This document shows, piece by piece, positions 37,597-47,624 of a stretch of DNA of 64,000 bases. Within the stretch, counting starts at the first letter, position 1, and every line of letters starts with the position of its first letter. The translations under genes were made by a program, and so were the position numbers. The stretch is from Candidatus Omnitrophota bacterium (GTDB taxonomy: Bacteria; Omnitrophota; Gorgyraeia; Zapsychrales; Zapsychraceae): positions 67,563 to 131,562 of the forward strand of contig DATDQB010000010.1 in the NCBI GenBank assembly GCA_035292445.1. The letters are read 5' to 3'. Under the pieces are notes generated by a model. The model ran no database searches. It was not told the origin of the DNA and worked only from the letters and a program-made list of their open reading frames with translations.

Positions 37597-38211
37597 TTAT
37601 TCACGACCTTCTTTGGTCGTTTTCGGTAAAATGACGATCTCAACCCGGCGGTTTTTCTGGCGCCCTTCTTTTGTCGCGTTGGATATAACCGGATGGAATT
37701 CACCAAAGCCGGAAATGGATAAACGTTGCGGAGATAAATTCTGCTTGTCGATCAAATAATGAAGAACACTCAACGCCCGATTGGCCGATAATTCCCAATT
37801 TGATTTCCAGCCGGAACGTTTGATAGGTTCATCATCCGTATGCCCTTCGACACCGACATTGAGGTCTTTGACGGTTGTATTTAGGACGGAGGCCACTTTA
37901 TCCAGCGTAGCGAACGATTGAGAGCGCAGATCAGCTTTTCCGGAGTCAAACAAAACCTCGGCCACAAAAGTAACGACCAGTCCGCGGTCCATCATTTCCA
38001 CTTTAACATCTTTATCAGCAATTTCTTTGCGAAGGCGCTCTTCTAATTCCTTTTTAGCCCGCTCCAGATCAGATAGCTCACTCTTTAATTTTGAAATCTT
38101 TTCGACATCCACCCGGCGGCCTTTCTGGAAAATCATCGTACAGCCGGAAAAAGTAAAATTAATTATAATAAGAGAAATAATTATTTGAAATAACGCAAGT
38201 TTGGTGCGCAT
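37597..38211 (-). CDS. OmpA/MotB-like peptidoglycan-binding domain protein
   Basis: 204 aa. N-terminal TM/lipobox-like segment (FSGC), a coiled-coil linker, and an OmpA-like domain (GHTDDEPIKRSGWKSNWELSANRA). Confidence 0.7.
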   Translation of the reverse strand: MRTKLALFQIIISLIIINFTFSGCTMIFQKGRRVDVEKISKLKSELSDLERAKKELEERLRKEIADKDVKVEMMDRGLVVTFVAEVLFDSGKADLRSQSFATLDKVASVLNTTVKDLNVGVEGHTDDEPIKRSGWKSNWELSANRALSVLHYLIDKQNLSPQRLSISGFGEFHPVISNATKEGRQKNRRVEIVILPKTTKEGRE

Positions 38212-38303
38212 ACCAGCCTCCTTTTTCAGTAGTCCACATTAACATAGGGAAAATTTAAAGTCAAGAATTTTTAGAAACCACAAGCATTGCAACAAGATAG
38301 AAC

Positions 38304-39575
38304 TTATCGAATGATGATTTGGTCTCTTTTGGTGCCCACAGAAATATATTTGACCCCCACTTTAAGGAGCTCTTCCAGCCTTTTAATGTAACGCCGCGCC
38401 GCATCGGGAAGTTCTTTAAAATTCTTGATGTGGCTGATGGGCGTCTGCCACCCCTTCATGTCCTCATAAATCGGTTCGGCGTTCTCTAAGACTTCCAAAT
38501 CGGTAGGAAAAACCTTGTAAACCTTTCCTTTATATTTATAGGCGGTGCAAATCTTAATCGTTTTAAGCTCATCCAACACATCCAACTTCATAATGGCCAG
38601 CTCGCTGACACCGTTAATGATGATCGAATAACGTACCAGCACGGCGTCAAACCATCCGCAGCGACGGGGCCTCCCGGTCGTTGCCCCGAACTCTTTCCCC
38701 TTAAGGCGGATCTCGTCTTTTAAGGTGCTTGTAAACTCTGTTGGAAAAGGCCCTTCGCCGACCCTGGTCGTATAAGCTTTGACGCAAGCGATGATTTTAT
38801 CGACCTTTGTCGGCGCAACCCCGCATCCGGCGCAAACGCCTCCGGCGATGGAATTGGAGGAGGTGACGAACGGGTATGTCCCGAAATCGATGTCTAAAAA
38901 CGTGCCTTGCGCCCCCTCAAAGAGGACGGATTTCTTCTTATCAATTGCCTCATTAAGAAAAATGGCCGTATCACATATGTAAGGAGCCAGCCTCTTCCCA
39001 TAAGCGAGGTATTCTTTATAAATGGAATCGAAATCGAATTGCGCGGCATCAAAGACCTTCTCGAAAATTTCATTCTTTTCGCGCAGGTTATCGTCCAGTT
39101 TGGACTTAAGCACGTTGGGATTAAGCAAATCCACCGCCCGGATACCGCAGCGGCTGACCTTATCGGCATAACAAGGCCCGATGCCGCGGCCTGTCGTACC
39201 AATCTTATTCTGCCTCTTTGTCTCGCGCAGGCCATCAAGGATGCGGTGATACGGCATCACGACGTGGCAACGATCGGATATTTTTAAGCGTTGGGGGGAA
39301 ACATGAATGCCCCGTTTATGGAGGGATTCGACTTCCTCAATCAGCGCCTTGGGATCAACGACAACGCCGTTCCCGATAACGCAAATTTTTCCCTTATGAA
39401 GAACGGCCGACGGCAATAAATGAAATATATACTCTTTATCTTTAACGACTACGGTGTGCCCGGCATTATTGCCGCCTTGATAGCGAACGGTGATATCCGC
39501 ATCCTGCGAAAGGATGTCGATGAGCTTCCCCTTACCTTCATCTCCCCATTGGGAGCCGACCACAACAAAATTCAT
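38304..39575 (-). CDS. purA: adenylosuccinate synthetase
   Basis: 423 aa. GSQWGDEGKGK P-loop and GTTGRGIGP motif. Confidence 0.95.
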   Translation of the reverse strand: MNFVVVGSQWGDEGKGKLIDILSQDADITVRYQGGNNAGHTVVVKDKEYIFHLLPSAVLHKGKICVIGNGVVVDPKALIEEVESLHKRGIHVSPQRLKISDRCHVVMPYHRILDGLRETKRQNKIGTTGRGIGPCYADKVSRCGIRAVDLLNPNVLKSKLDDNLREKNEIFEKVFDAAQFDFDSIYKEYLAYGKRLAPYICDTAIFLNEAIDKKKSVLFEGAQGTFLDIDFGTYPFVTSSNSIAGGVCAGCGVAPTKVDKIIACVKAYTTRVGEGPFPTEFTSTLKDEIRLKGKEFGATTGRPRRCGWFDAVLVRYSIIINGVSELAIMKLDVLDELKTIKICTAYKYKGKVYKVFPTDLEVLENAEPIYEDMKGWQTPISHIKNFKELPDAARRYIKRLEELLKVGVKYISVGTKRDQIIIR

Positions 39576-39590
39576 GATAACCGTTCCTTC

Positions 39591-40304
39591 TTAGAACTGG
39601 ACAACGCGCAAAAGATAATAAATTAATCCAAACCCGACGGCTAGATAAATAGCCGCATAAATAGCCCGCTCGAGATAGCCTGTTGCATTCGATAGAGCGG
39701 GCCGCATCAAACTGCTGCCGATACAAAAAAGCCAGAAAGCGACCAATATGATCGTATACGCTAAGATATAAGAAAGATACACCCCAAACACCTTGAGCCA
39801 ACCAGCGGAGAGCTGTAATTGCTGGGACAATAAAATAAAAAGGTAATAATTTTGGGTCAACCTCCCCTCCACCAGGGAGAGGACCGCCGCCGAAAACACG
39901 CATAACAAAAGAAGAAAAGCCGTATTCTTCAAACTCCGTGTTTGGGCATCCGCCGTCAACGTTCTGGGTGAAGGCAAACGAAGCGCTGCTTTATCTTTGC
40001 CTGTTTGTTCTTGCCAACGATAGCGTAAATGAGCGAATCCCAAAACAAAAAACAGGCCAGCCAAAGCCGTATACAGCCCGATTACCAGCAGTTTCATGAA
40101 AGAACGGTAAATTAACCCATCGAAAATGCCGCTTAACACAAAAAAATTGATCAGCCAGGCGACAGTAATAAAGATGAGCCCTGAGATGATCAATTGAAAA
40201 CGACTGTGACGAACAATGCTAAGGATCGTCACATAAACTAAAGCCGTGGCCAGCGCAAAAGGATTCATCGCATTTTGTAAGCCCAACAAGAACGCTAGCC
40301 CCAT
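39591..40304 (-). CDS. hypothetical polytopic membrane protein
   Basis: 237 aa with about six predicted TM helices. No recognisable catalytic motif. Confidence 0.5.
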   Translation of the reverse strand: MGLAFLLGLQNAMNPFALATALVYVTILSIVRHSRFQLIISGLIFITVAWLINFFVLSGIFDGLIYRSFMKLLVIGLYTALAGLFFVLGFAHLRYRWQEQTGKDKAALRLPSPRTLTADAQTRSLKNTAFLLLLCVFSAAVLSLVEGRLTQNYYLFILLSQQLQLSAGWLKVFGVYLSYILAYTIILVAFWLFCIGSSLMRPALSNATGYLERAIYAAIYLAVGFGLIYYLLRVVQF

Positions 40305-40317
40305 AAATATTCTTCGT

Positions 40318-41901
40318 CTAAACTTTCAAGAGCTTGATAAACAAAATATTCTTTGTTTTCTTAAGGCGCCCCAACACCTCATCCGAAACCGCACTGTCGA
40401 CATTGATGACACTGATGGCGACCCCGTCCTGCGCCTCGCGCCCTAATGTGATCCCGGCGATGTTGACCTTGACTTCTCCAAGGATCGTGCCGACCGCCCC
40501 CACAAGGCCGGGCTTATCGTTATTCTTGATAAAAAGCATATAACCGTCGGGAACGGCCTCCACATAAACATCGCTGATCTTAACGATCCGCGGTTTATTA
40601 TTGCTGGAAAGCGTCCCCCAAAGGGAAAAATTCTCCTTATCGGTCGTGACCGAAAGCTTGATACAGTTGACGAACTCCTCTTCTTTCGTCGAATTGACCT
40701 CTTCCACTTTAATAGCCCGCTCTTTGGCGACATCAAGCGCGTTGATGAAATTAATGTTCTCGTTAAGGATCGGTTTCAATAGGCCGTTGACCAATGATAA
40801 AGTGAGCGGAGCGACCTTATGCTTATTCATAACGCCGCTGTAAAGGATCTGCACGCTGCTGATACGCCCGTTAACAAGCTGGCCAGTGAATTTACCCATC
40901 CGCACCGCCAGGTCGATAAAAGGCGCCAGGGTCTTGTACGCCTCGGCATCGACCGATGGGAAATTGGCAGCATTCACGATGCCGCGGCCGGTCAAGGCAT
41001 TACGGACCGTCTCGGCGATCTCAATGGCGACGTTGATCTGGGCCTCCGAGGTGGATGCGCCCAAATGAGGCGTCACCACGCAGTTATCAAGCTTTAAAAG
41101 CGGCGAATCCGCCGGCAACGGCTCGGTTTCATAAACATCCAACGCAGCCCCGGCGATCTGCTTCTCCGATAACGTTTTGGCTAACGCTTTCTCATCAACG
41201 ATCCCGCCGCGGGCGCAGTTGATCAGCCGGGCCGTTTTTTTCATCAATTTAAATTCTTTCTCCGATATCAAATTTTTCGTTTCCGAGCTTTTAGGGATAT
41301 GGATCGTGATGAAATCAGACCTTTTAAGCAGCTCATCCAATTCAGCCAATTGAACGCCCCGCTGTTCGGCCACTTCAGCGGATATATAGGGATCGTAAAC
41401 AAGGATATGCATGTTAAATGCTTTGCAAAAGTTGGCGACCGTCGAACCGATGCGCCCGAAACCGATGATCCCCAGCGTTTTCCCATGCAATTCAACGCCG
41501 CCGTATTTATTACGATCCCATTTGCCGTTTTTTAACGAGGTGCAGGCCTGCGGAATGTTGCGGGCTAACGCCAGGATCATGCTCATCGTATGTTCCGCCG
41601 TTGAGGTGGTATTACCCGCCGGCGTATTCATCGCCACAATGCCTTTTTTGGTGGCTGCCGGCAGATCCACGTTATCAAGCCCGACACCGGCACGCCCGAT
41701 GAATTTCAGATTATCGGCGGCTTCAATGATGTCGGCGGTGACGTTGGTGCTGCTGCGCACAATCAACGCGTCATAATTTTTAATGATGCTTTTTAATTCT
41801 TCCGGCTTTAAGTCATATTTGCAGTCGACCTTGATGTTTTTCTCTTCCTGAAGAATCTTGATGCCTTCTTCGGCCAATTTATCGCTGATGAGGACTCTCA
41901 T
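40318..41901 (-). CDS. serA: D-3-phosphoglycerate dehydrogenase
   Basis: 527 aa. 2-hydroxyacid dehydrogenase NAD-binding GxGxxG (GIIGFGRIG), catalytic R/E/H, and C-terminal ASB and ACT domains. Confidence 0.95.
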   Translation of the reverse strand: MRVLISDKLAEEGIKILQEEKNIKVDCKYDLKPEELKSIIKNYDALIVRSSTNVTADIIEAADNLKFIGRAGVGLDNVDLPAATKKGIVAMNTPAGNTTSTAEHTMSMILALARNIPQACTSLKNGKWDRNKYGGVELHGKTLGIIGFGRIGSTVANFCKAFNMHILVYDPYISAEVAEQRGVQLAELDELLKRSDFITIHIPKSSETKNLISEKEFKLMKKTARLINCARGGIVDEKALAKTLSEKQIAGAALDVYETEPLPADSPLLKLDNCVVTPHLGASTSEAQINVAIEIAETVRNALTGRGIVNAANFPSVDAEAYKTLAPFIDLAVRMGKFTGQLVNGRISSVQILYSGVMNKHKVAPLTLSLVNGLLKPILNENINFINALDVAKERAIKVEEVNSTKEEEFVNCIKLSVTTDKENFSLWGTLSSNNKPRIVKISDVYVEAVPDGYMLFIKNNDKPGLVGAVGTILGEVKVNIAGITLGREAQDGVAISVINVDSAVSDEVLGRLKKTKNILFIKLLKV

Positions 41902-41903
41902 GG

Positions 41904-43058
41904 CTAAACTCCGATTTCTTTGGTATGAAACACATCTTCGGCGGCCTTAACGCCCGCGCCTTTAATAAAACGGTGATTCATCTCACCCAGCACTCGCTCC
42001 AAGAACGAAATGCCGGTCAAAATATCCTGCTCGCTGACGCATCCCATGTGGGCGATGCGAAATATCTTACCCTTTAATTCGGCCTGCCCACCGGCCATCG
42101 TAATGCCATGGACATCGCGAAGAGTCTTGACCAACTTTTCGCCGTCGATACCTTGCGGCACATTGACCGCCGTTAAAGCGTTGGCTAAACAAGATGGGTG
42201 CGTATACATCGTCAACCCTAGCGCCTTAACCGCCTCCCGCGTGGCTTTGGCCAACAGCGCTTGACGAGCGAACCATTTATCGAGACCGGCTTTTTTGATG
42301 AGATTTAAGCTTTCAACCAGGCCAATCACGATGCCGATCGCCGGCGTAAACGGGGTATCGGTCGCGGCAAACGCCTTTTTAGAGGCCCGTAAATCGAAAT
42401 AGTACCGCCTGTTTTTTGATTGTTCTATAAGTTTATACGCTTTGGCGTTTACTGAAATAAAAGCCAAGCCCGGCGGAAGCATAAAGCCTTTGTGCGATGC
42501 TGAAGCAACAACGTCCACGCCCCAGGCATCGGTTTTCAAATCATTCACTCCCAGGCCGCTGACACTATCAACCACCAAAACAGCATCGGTCTTTTTGACA
42601 ACATCGGCCACCGCTTTGATATCCGTCAAAACGCCCGTTGAGGTTTCAATTTGCGTAATAAAAACAGCCTTAACGCCCTTATTTTTGTCCAACACTTCCT
42701 TGATCTGCTTTGGCTCGACCGCTTTGCCCCACTCAACTTGGATCACCAACGGATTGGCGCCATAGGCATGGCACAGTTCGGTCCAGCGCTCGCCGAACTT
42801 ACCGCCTTCGACCGTGATGGCTTTATCGCCGGGAGAAAGCAGATTGCAAACGGCTGCCTCCATCGCCCCGGTCCCGGAAGAAGCCAAAAGGTATATTTCG
42901 TTCTTGGTCTGAAAAACGTATTGCAAACCGGCAATGGCGTCTTTGATATTTTGTTGAAATTGCGGGGTGCGATGATGAATAATCGGGCGTGCCAACGCTT
43001 CGCGGGCCTCTTGAGGGATCATGGTCGGTCCCGGCGTCAGCAAAATATTACGTTCCAT
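41904..43058 (-). CDS. class-V aminotransferase (AGXT/phosphoserine aminotransferase-like)
   Basis: 384 aa. PLP-lysine context (SASHKGFMLPPGL). Adjacent to serA, which suggests a serC-like role. Confidence 0.82.
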   Translation of the reverse strand: MERNILLTPGPTMIPQEAREALARPIIHHRTPQFQQNIKDAIAGLQYVFQTKNEIYLLASSGTGAMEAAVCNLLSPGDKAITVEGGKFGERWTELCHAYGANPLVIQVEWGKAVEPKQIKEVLDKNKGVKAVFITQIETSTGVLTDIKAVADVVKKTDAVLVVDSVSGLGVNDLKTDAWGVDVVASASHKGFMLPPGLAFISVNAKAYKLIEQSKNRRYYFDLRASKKAFAATDTPFTPAIGIVIGLVESLNLIKKAGLDKWFARQALLAKATREAVKALGLTMYTHPSCLANALTAVNVPQGIDGEKLVKTLRDVHGITMAGGQAELKGKIFRIAHMGCVSEQDILTGISFLERVLGEMNHRFIKGAGVKAAEDVFHTKEIGV

Positions 43059-43100
43059 GGTAAACTGCCTTTCTCATTTCTGTAAGATTCCTTATTGAGG

Positions 43101-43715
43101 TTATTTCTTGATCTGTTTAGCGCTCATGACCACTTCATCGACGATGCCGTAATCCTTAGCTTCTTCGGCCGACATAAAATAATCACGGTCACTATCTTTA
43201 ATAATTCTATCCAATGATTGGCCGGTGTGCTTGGCCAAGATCTTGCTCAACTCTTCCTTCATCCTTAAAATTTCTTTGGCTTGGATGGAAATGTCGCTGG
43301 CCGTCCCTTCCGTTCCTCCCCACGGCTGATGAATCATGATGCGCGCATACGGCAAGGCGTAGCGTTTTCCTTTGGTCCCAGCGGCCAAAAGAAGCGATCC
43401 CATGCTGGCGGCCTGCCCCAGGCAATAGGTGCAAACATTGGGTTTGACGAATTGCATCGTGTCATAGATCGCTAACCCGGCCGTGACCGAACCGCCCGGC
43501 GAATTGATATAAACATTGATGTCTTTGGTGGCGTCTTCACTGTGCAAAAAAAGAAGTTGGGCGATAATCAGGTTGGCAACGGTATCGTCAATCGCCGTTC
43601 CGATAAAAACAATCCGCTCTTTAAGTAATCGGGAATAAATATCGTACGCCCGTTCTCCATGAGAGGACTTCTCAACAACTATCGGGACTAACACTTGCGA
43701 TTTAAGCTCTTTCAT
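43101..43715 (-). CDS. clpP: ATP-dependent Clp protease proteolytic subunit
   Basis: Ser-His-Asp triad context (GQAASMG, IMIHQP). The maximal ORF starts at 43730, but the ATG at about 43715 has a GGAGG RBS and forms an ATGA overlap with the tig stop. Confidence 0.92.
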   Translation of the reverse strand: MKELKSQVLVPIVVEKSSHGERAYDIYSRLLKERIVFIGTAIDDTVANLIIAQLLFLHSEDATKDINVYINSPGGSVTAGLAIYDTMQFVKPNVCTYCLGQAASMGSLLLAAGTKGKRYALPYARIMIHQPWGGTEGTASDISIQAKEILRMKEELSKILAKHTGQSLDRIIKDSDRDYFMSAEEAKDYGIVDEVVMSAKQIKK

Positions 43716-44608
43716 TTTGTTTCCTCCCATTCTGCTTCTTTTAATAAAAATTCGATGACTTTAGCCGGAAGGTTCTCCCCTTCTTTAGCCTGGATTTGCT
43801 CCAATTGGGCGATTTTATCCAAAACGAGATATACTTTTATATCTTTTTCTACCGATTCCTGCAACTCTTTTCTTAATTCCTCTTGCCTTTTTTTAAGCTC
43901 TTCCTCTTTGGCCCCGTGATGGGACTTCATATGTTGAAGGGCTTCGCGGACACGCCGCTCCAATTGCCTTTTAAGCAAGCTTTGCGGCACGGGGACTTTC
44001 GTTTTCTTAAGCAAGGCTTCAACGATCTGATTTTCGACATCAATGCGGTTCTGGCGGTCTTTATCAAGCTCCAGTTGGCGGCGCAACGTGTTTTTAAACT
44101 CCTCCAAATTGGGGTAACCGAGCCCGCGGACAAAGGCATCGTTGATCTCGACAGCCTTATCCTCTCCCTGCCCTTTTTTAATGAAATCCAGCGTTTTCTG
44201 AAGATCTTCTTCTGAAACGGTTGAACTCTTACGTTTTATCTTTAAGCCCTTATAATCTTTGATTTTGATGTCAGGCTTGATGTCCAGCTTGGCTGTAAAA
44301 GTAATAACGCCGTCTTTCAGGTTCACGTCGTGAATCTCCGGAGAATCGATAGGAGAAAGATTTTCCTTTTGAATGCCTTCCTGATAAACTTCAGGCAAAA
44401 TCTTACGGATGGCCTCTTCTTGAGCATAATGGCCGTGGTGGGCCTCCAAGACGTTACGCGGGACCATGCCTTTGCGAAAACCTTTGACGTGCGCCGTTTT
44501 GCTAAGCTCCTTGTACACATCGTCAAGGACCTTTGTCACGCGCTCGCGCGGGATCTCGAATTTCAATTCACGTTTTAGTTCATCGACTTTTTTCACTTCC
44601 AGCTTCAT
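43712..44608 (-). CDS. tig: trigger factor (short form lacking the FKBP-type PPIase domain)
   Basis: 298 aa. N-terminal ribosome-binding domain with GFRKGMVP signature, then directly the C-terminal chaperone arm domain. No FKBP segment is present. Confidence 0.82.
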   Translation of the reverse strand: MKLEVKKVDELKRELKFEIPRERVTKVLDDVYKELSKTAHVKGFRKGMVPRNVLEAHHGHYAQEEAIRKILPEVYQEGIQKENLSPIDSPEIHDVNLKDGVITFTAKLDIKPDIKIKDYKGLKIKRKSSTVSEEDLQKTLDFIKKGQGEDKAVEINDAFVRGLGYPNLEEFKNTLRRQLELDKDRQNRIDVENQIVEALLKKTKVPVPQSLLKRQLERRVREALQHMKSHHGAKEEELKKRQEELRKELQESVEKDIKVYLVLDKIAQLEQIQAKEGENLPAKVIEFLLKEAEWEETK

Positions 44609-44619
44609 CTTAATGCTCC

Positions 44620-45354
44620 TTACATTCTAAATTTTTCGCCTAAATAAATCTTGCGGGCTTCAGCGTCGTTGATCAATTCCTCCGCCGTTCCGGAAAGAAG
44701 GATCCTTCCATCCGCGATTAAATAAGCGCGATCAGTTATCGAGAGTGTTTCACGGACATTGTGATCCGTCAGTAAGATCCCCAAACCTCTTTCCCTTAAA
44801 TCTTTGATTATTTCCTGGGCTTCGGCAACAACAATGGGGTCGATCCCGGAAAACGGCTCATCCAGCAATAAAAACGACGGGTTGGTCACCAAAGCGCGCG
44901 TGATCTCGAGGCGCCGGCGCTCTCCGCCGGAAAGGGTGTAGGCTTTGCTTTTGGCCAGATGGGAGATATTGAGCTCCTCCAGCAGGGCGTTCAAGCGTTT
45001 CCGGCGTTCCTGCGGGCTGATATCAAGGGTCTCCAAGATCGCCATGATATTTTCTTCCACGGTCAACTTACGAAAGATGGATGATTCCTGCGCCAGATAC
45101 CCCATGCCCAAACGGGAGCGCTCATGGATCGGTTTTTTCGTGATATCGTCGTTATCGAAATATATCTTGCCTTCATCCGGCGGGATGATGCCGACGGCCA
45201 TATAAAAAGTGGTCGTCTTTCCCGCGCCGTTGGGCCCCAACAACCCGACGATCTCGGAGCGCCCGACCGTGATGCTGACACCGTCCACAACGCTTCGGCT
45301 GCCGTATCTTTTAACGAGATTCTTAGTTTCCAGAAGATGTAATGGCACCCTCAC
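44620..45354 (-). CDS. lptB: LPS export ABC transporter ATP-binding protein
   Basis: 244 aa. Walker A GPNGAGKTT, ABC signature LSGGERRR, Walker B LLLDEP. Context kdsD-kdsC-lptC/A-lptB. Confidence 0.9.
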   Translation of the reverse strand: MRVPLHLLETKNLVKRYGSRSVVDGVSITVGRSEIVGLLGPNGAGKTTTFYMAVGIIPPDEGKIYFDNDDITKKPIHERSRLGMGYLAQESSIFRKLTVEENIMAILETLDISPQERRKRLNALLEELNISHLAKSKAYTLSGGERRRLEITRALVTNPSFLLLDEPFSGIDPIVVAEAQEIIKDLRERGLGILLTDHNVRETLSITDRAYLIADGRILLSGTAEELINDAEARKIYLGEKFRM

Positions 45355-46144
45355 CCTCCGTCAACAAAATCAGTTTCGGCCTTCCCGACAGCGTTAATTT
45401 CTGTTGCTGCGCGTCATAAACGGCCTTCTCGGCGTATGTTTTATTCTCCCCTTGCGTGATAACGACATTGCCTATGCAAACCATTGAACTGATCGCCGAC
45501 ATGTCCTCATTAAAATAAACTTCCATCGTGTCGGCTTTAAGCGTCCGGTCGCCTTGCACCGCCACCACATTTTTATCAAAGACCGCTTTCCCGGTCGCCT
45601 GATCGATCACAACAGGCCCGTCCGATGTGATCGTGAGCAACTTATCATCGCTGGCTTCAGGCTGCGTATCGACAAAAACAGTCACATCCTTATTAAGCTG
45701 CGCCAATTTGGTCCCCGGCTTGGCTTCCATCCCCGTGCCGTAGGCAGAAAAACGCTGGTCCGTGATCTTCACGTCGTCAGTGGTTGTGACCAGATCTTCA
45801 TTGCGGTCCCATTCCAGCGAATCCGTTACCAGCTGCGAACCGTCTTCAGAAGTTACGACGACGTTTTCTTCGAGGCGCATCTTGCCGCTCGTCTGGTTGA
45901 TAAAACCCGTCTTGGCCTTGACGTTCATGGTCTGTTCGCCGTACGAATTCGCGTCGACATTCGTCAGCTTGATCTCGGGACCCAAAATGTCGGCGGTTTC
46001 TCCGTTGACATCCCAGGCCTTGGAACCATCGTTGGCAAAGCCTTCCAGGTTAAATCCCTGGAACTTCTGCTCCTGCTCATTCGCCAAACTAAAAGCAGCC
46101 GTCATTAACACAAAACATATTGTCAAAAAAAGTTTGTTCATCAT
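45323..46144 (-). CDS. LptC/LptA (OstA-like) family LPS transport periplasmic protein
   Basis: About 273 aa if started at the MMNKLF Met, whose ATG overlaps the kdsC stop as TAATG (maximal ORF to 46174). Signal peptide and beta-jellyroll OstA-like repeats. Larger than either E. coli LptC or LptA. Confidence 0.6.
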   Translation of the reverse strand: MMNKLFLTICFVLMTAAFSLANEQEQKFQGFNLEGFANDGSKAWDVNGETADILGPEIKLTNVDANSYGEQTMNVKAKTGFINQTSGKMRLEENVVVTSEDGSQLVTDSLEWDRNEDLVTTTDDVKITDQRFSAYGTGMEAKPGTKLAQLNKDVTVFVDTQPEASDDKLLTITSDGPVVIDQATGKAVFDKNVVAVQGDRTLKADTMEVYFNEDMSAISSMVCIGNVVITQGENKTYAEKAVYDAQQQKLTLSGRPKLILLTEGEGAITSSGN

Positions 46145-46668
46145 TAACGGAACGATTCTAAGACCGGGTTCCACTTTCCCTGCGCTTTTAAGATCATCTC
46201 GATCACTTCGCGAACCGCTCCCTCTCCTCCCTGTTTTTTAGTGACATAATGGGCTTTTTCCTTGATGTCTTTAACAGCCGCGGGGACCGCCACCGCCGCC
46301 CCGACACGCTTGAAAACAGCCAAATCCGGCAAATCATCGGCGACGAAACAGACCTCTTCGTCTTTCAACCCAAGTTCTTCCAGAAGTTCTTTGTAGGCCT
46401 TTAATTTGGGAAAGGCGTTTTGAATGATTTTGTCGACCTTCAAGTCTTCCGCCCTGGCCTGCACGGCCTGCGAGTAACGCGCTGTCAAAATAGCCGTCTT
46501 AAAACCGCACTTTTGGAATAACACCATAGCAAATCCATCGTGAACATGAAAGAATTTTATTTCTTTGCCCTCATGGTCGTAAACGATCTGCCCTTGCGTG
46601 AGAACGCCATCCACGTCCAATAAAAGCAATTTAATTTTTTTCAATCGATGCGTTAACGCTTGGCTCAC
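46144..46668 (-). CDS. kdsC: 3-deoxy-D-manno-octulosonate 8-phosphate phosphatase
   Basis: 174 aa. HAD motif I LLLLDVDGVLT and KdsC-family length and context. GTG start. Confidence 0.85.
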   Translation of the reverse strand: MSQALTHRLKKIKLLLLDVDGVLTQGQIVYDHEGKEIKFFHVHDGFAMVLFQKCGFKTAILTARYSQAVQARAEDLKVDKIIQNAFPKLKAYKELLEELGLKDEEVCFVADDLPDLAVFKRVGAAVAVPAAVKDIKEKAHYVTKKQGGEGAVREVIEMILKAQGKWNPVLESFR

Positions 46669-47624
46669 AATAAACCGGCCTTCAGCAAATCCTGGATATC
46701 CAATAAACCCACTAAGCGCCTTTTCTTATCCAGTACAGGCAGCTCGTCTATTTTCCTTTCCTTCAAGACCCTTAAGGCCTCAACGGCCAGCATATCGCTT
46801 AAAATGATCGTTGGCTTTTTCGTCATGACCTCTTTGACTTTCCGATTAAGGAGTTCCGGGTCGGTTTCGATATGCCGCCTCAGATCGCCGTCCGTGAAGA
46901 TCCCGACGAATTTACCTTGAGCACTAACCACGCACGCCGAACCGCACCGGGCTTTGGTGATCGCCAGAAGAACGTTCTTGATGGCCGTGTTTTCCCTGAC
47001 CTTCGCAAAATGGGGGCTCTTGCGCATGATATCTTCGACCCTTAGCAACAGCTTCCGCCCCAATAAACCGCCGGGATGGTAAAAGGCAAAATCTTCATGC
47101 TTAAAATTCTTTCGGATGATCAAACAGGCCGCCAAGGCATCCCCCAGCGCCAATGTCGCGGTCGTTGAGGCCATCGGCGCCAAATTCAACGGACAGCCTT
47201 CTTTCTTTACGGAAACATCCAGCGGCACATCAGCGTACTTGGCCAGCGCCGAATGCTGGTTTCCCGTCATTGTGATAATCTTTGAGCCTATCTTCTTGAT
47301 CAAAGGCAGGAGCTTTTTGGTCTCTTCCGTTTCCCCGCTATTGGAGATGATGATGAGCACATCCTGTTTGGTGACTTGCCCTAAATCCCCGTGAACAGCT
47401 TCCGTGCTGTGCATAAAAATGCTCGGTGCCCCGATCGAAGAAAGAGTGGCCGCGATCTTACGGCCAATGAGGCCGCTTTTTCCCATGCCGGAGACGATCA
47501 CCCGCCCCTTGCACTTGGCGACCATGTCGACCGCTTTTAGGAAATTACGGTTCAACCGCCTGGCCACGTCCCTGATGGCATCGGCTTCGATCCTTAAAAC
47601 CTCTTTGGCTTTAGCTAAGCTCAT
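46665..47624 (-). CDS. kdsD: arabinose-5-phosphate isomerase
   Basis: 319 aa. SIS domain (VSGMGKSG) plus tandem C-terminal CBS domains. Confidence 0.9.
   Translation of the reverse strand: MSLAKAKEVLRIEADAIRDVARRLNRNFLKAVDMVAKCKGRVIVSGMGKSGLIGRKIAATLSSIGAPSIFMHSTEAVHGDLGQVTKQDVLIIISNSGETEETKKLLPLIKKIGSKIITMTGNQHSALAKYADVPLDVSVKKEGCPLNLAPMASTTATLALGDALAACLIIRKNFKHEDFAFYHPGGLLGRKLLLRVEDIMRKSPHFAKVRENTAIKNVLLAITKARCGSACVVSAQGKFVGIFTDGDLRRHIETDPELLNRKVKEVMTKKPTIILSDMLAVEALRVLKERKIDELPVLDKKRRLVGLLDIQDLLKAGLL

Noticed and set aside
43716-43730. First five codons (MGGNK) of the maximal clpP ORF
   Set aside because: The downstream ATG has a GGAGG RBS at the right spacing and forms an ATGA overlap with the tig stop. 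The upstream ATG lies inside tig with no RBS.
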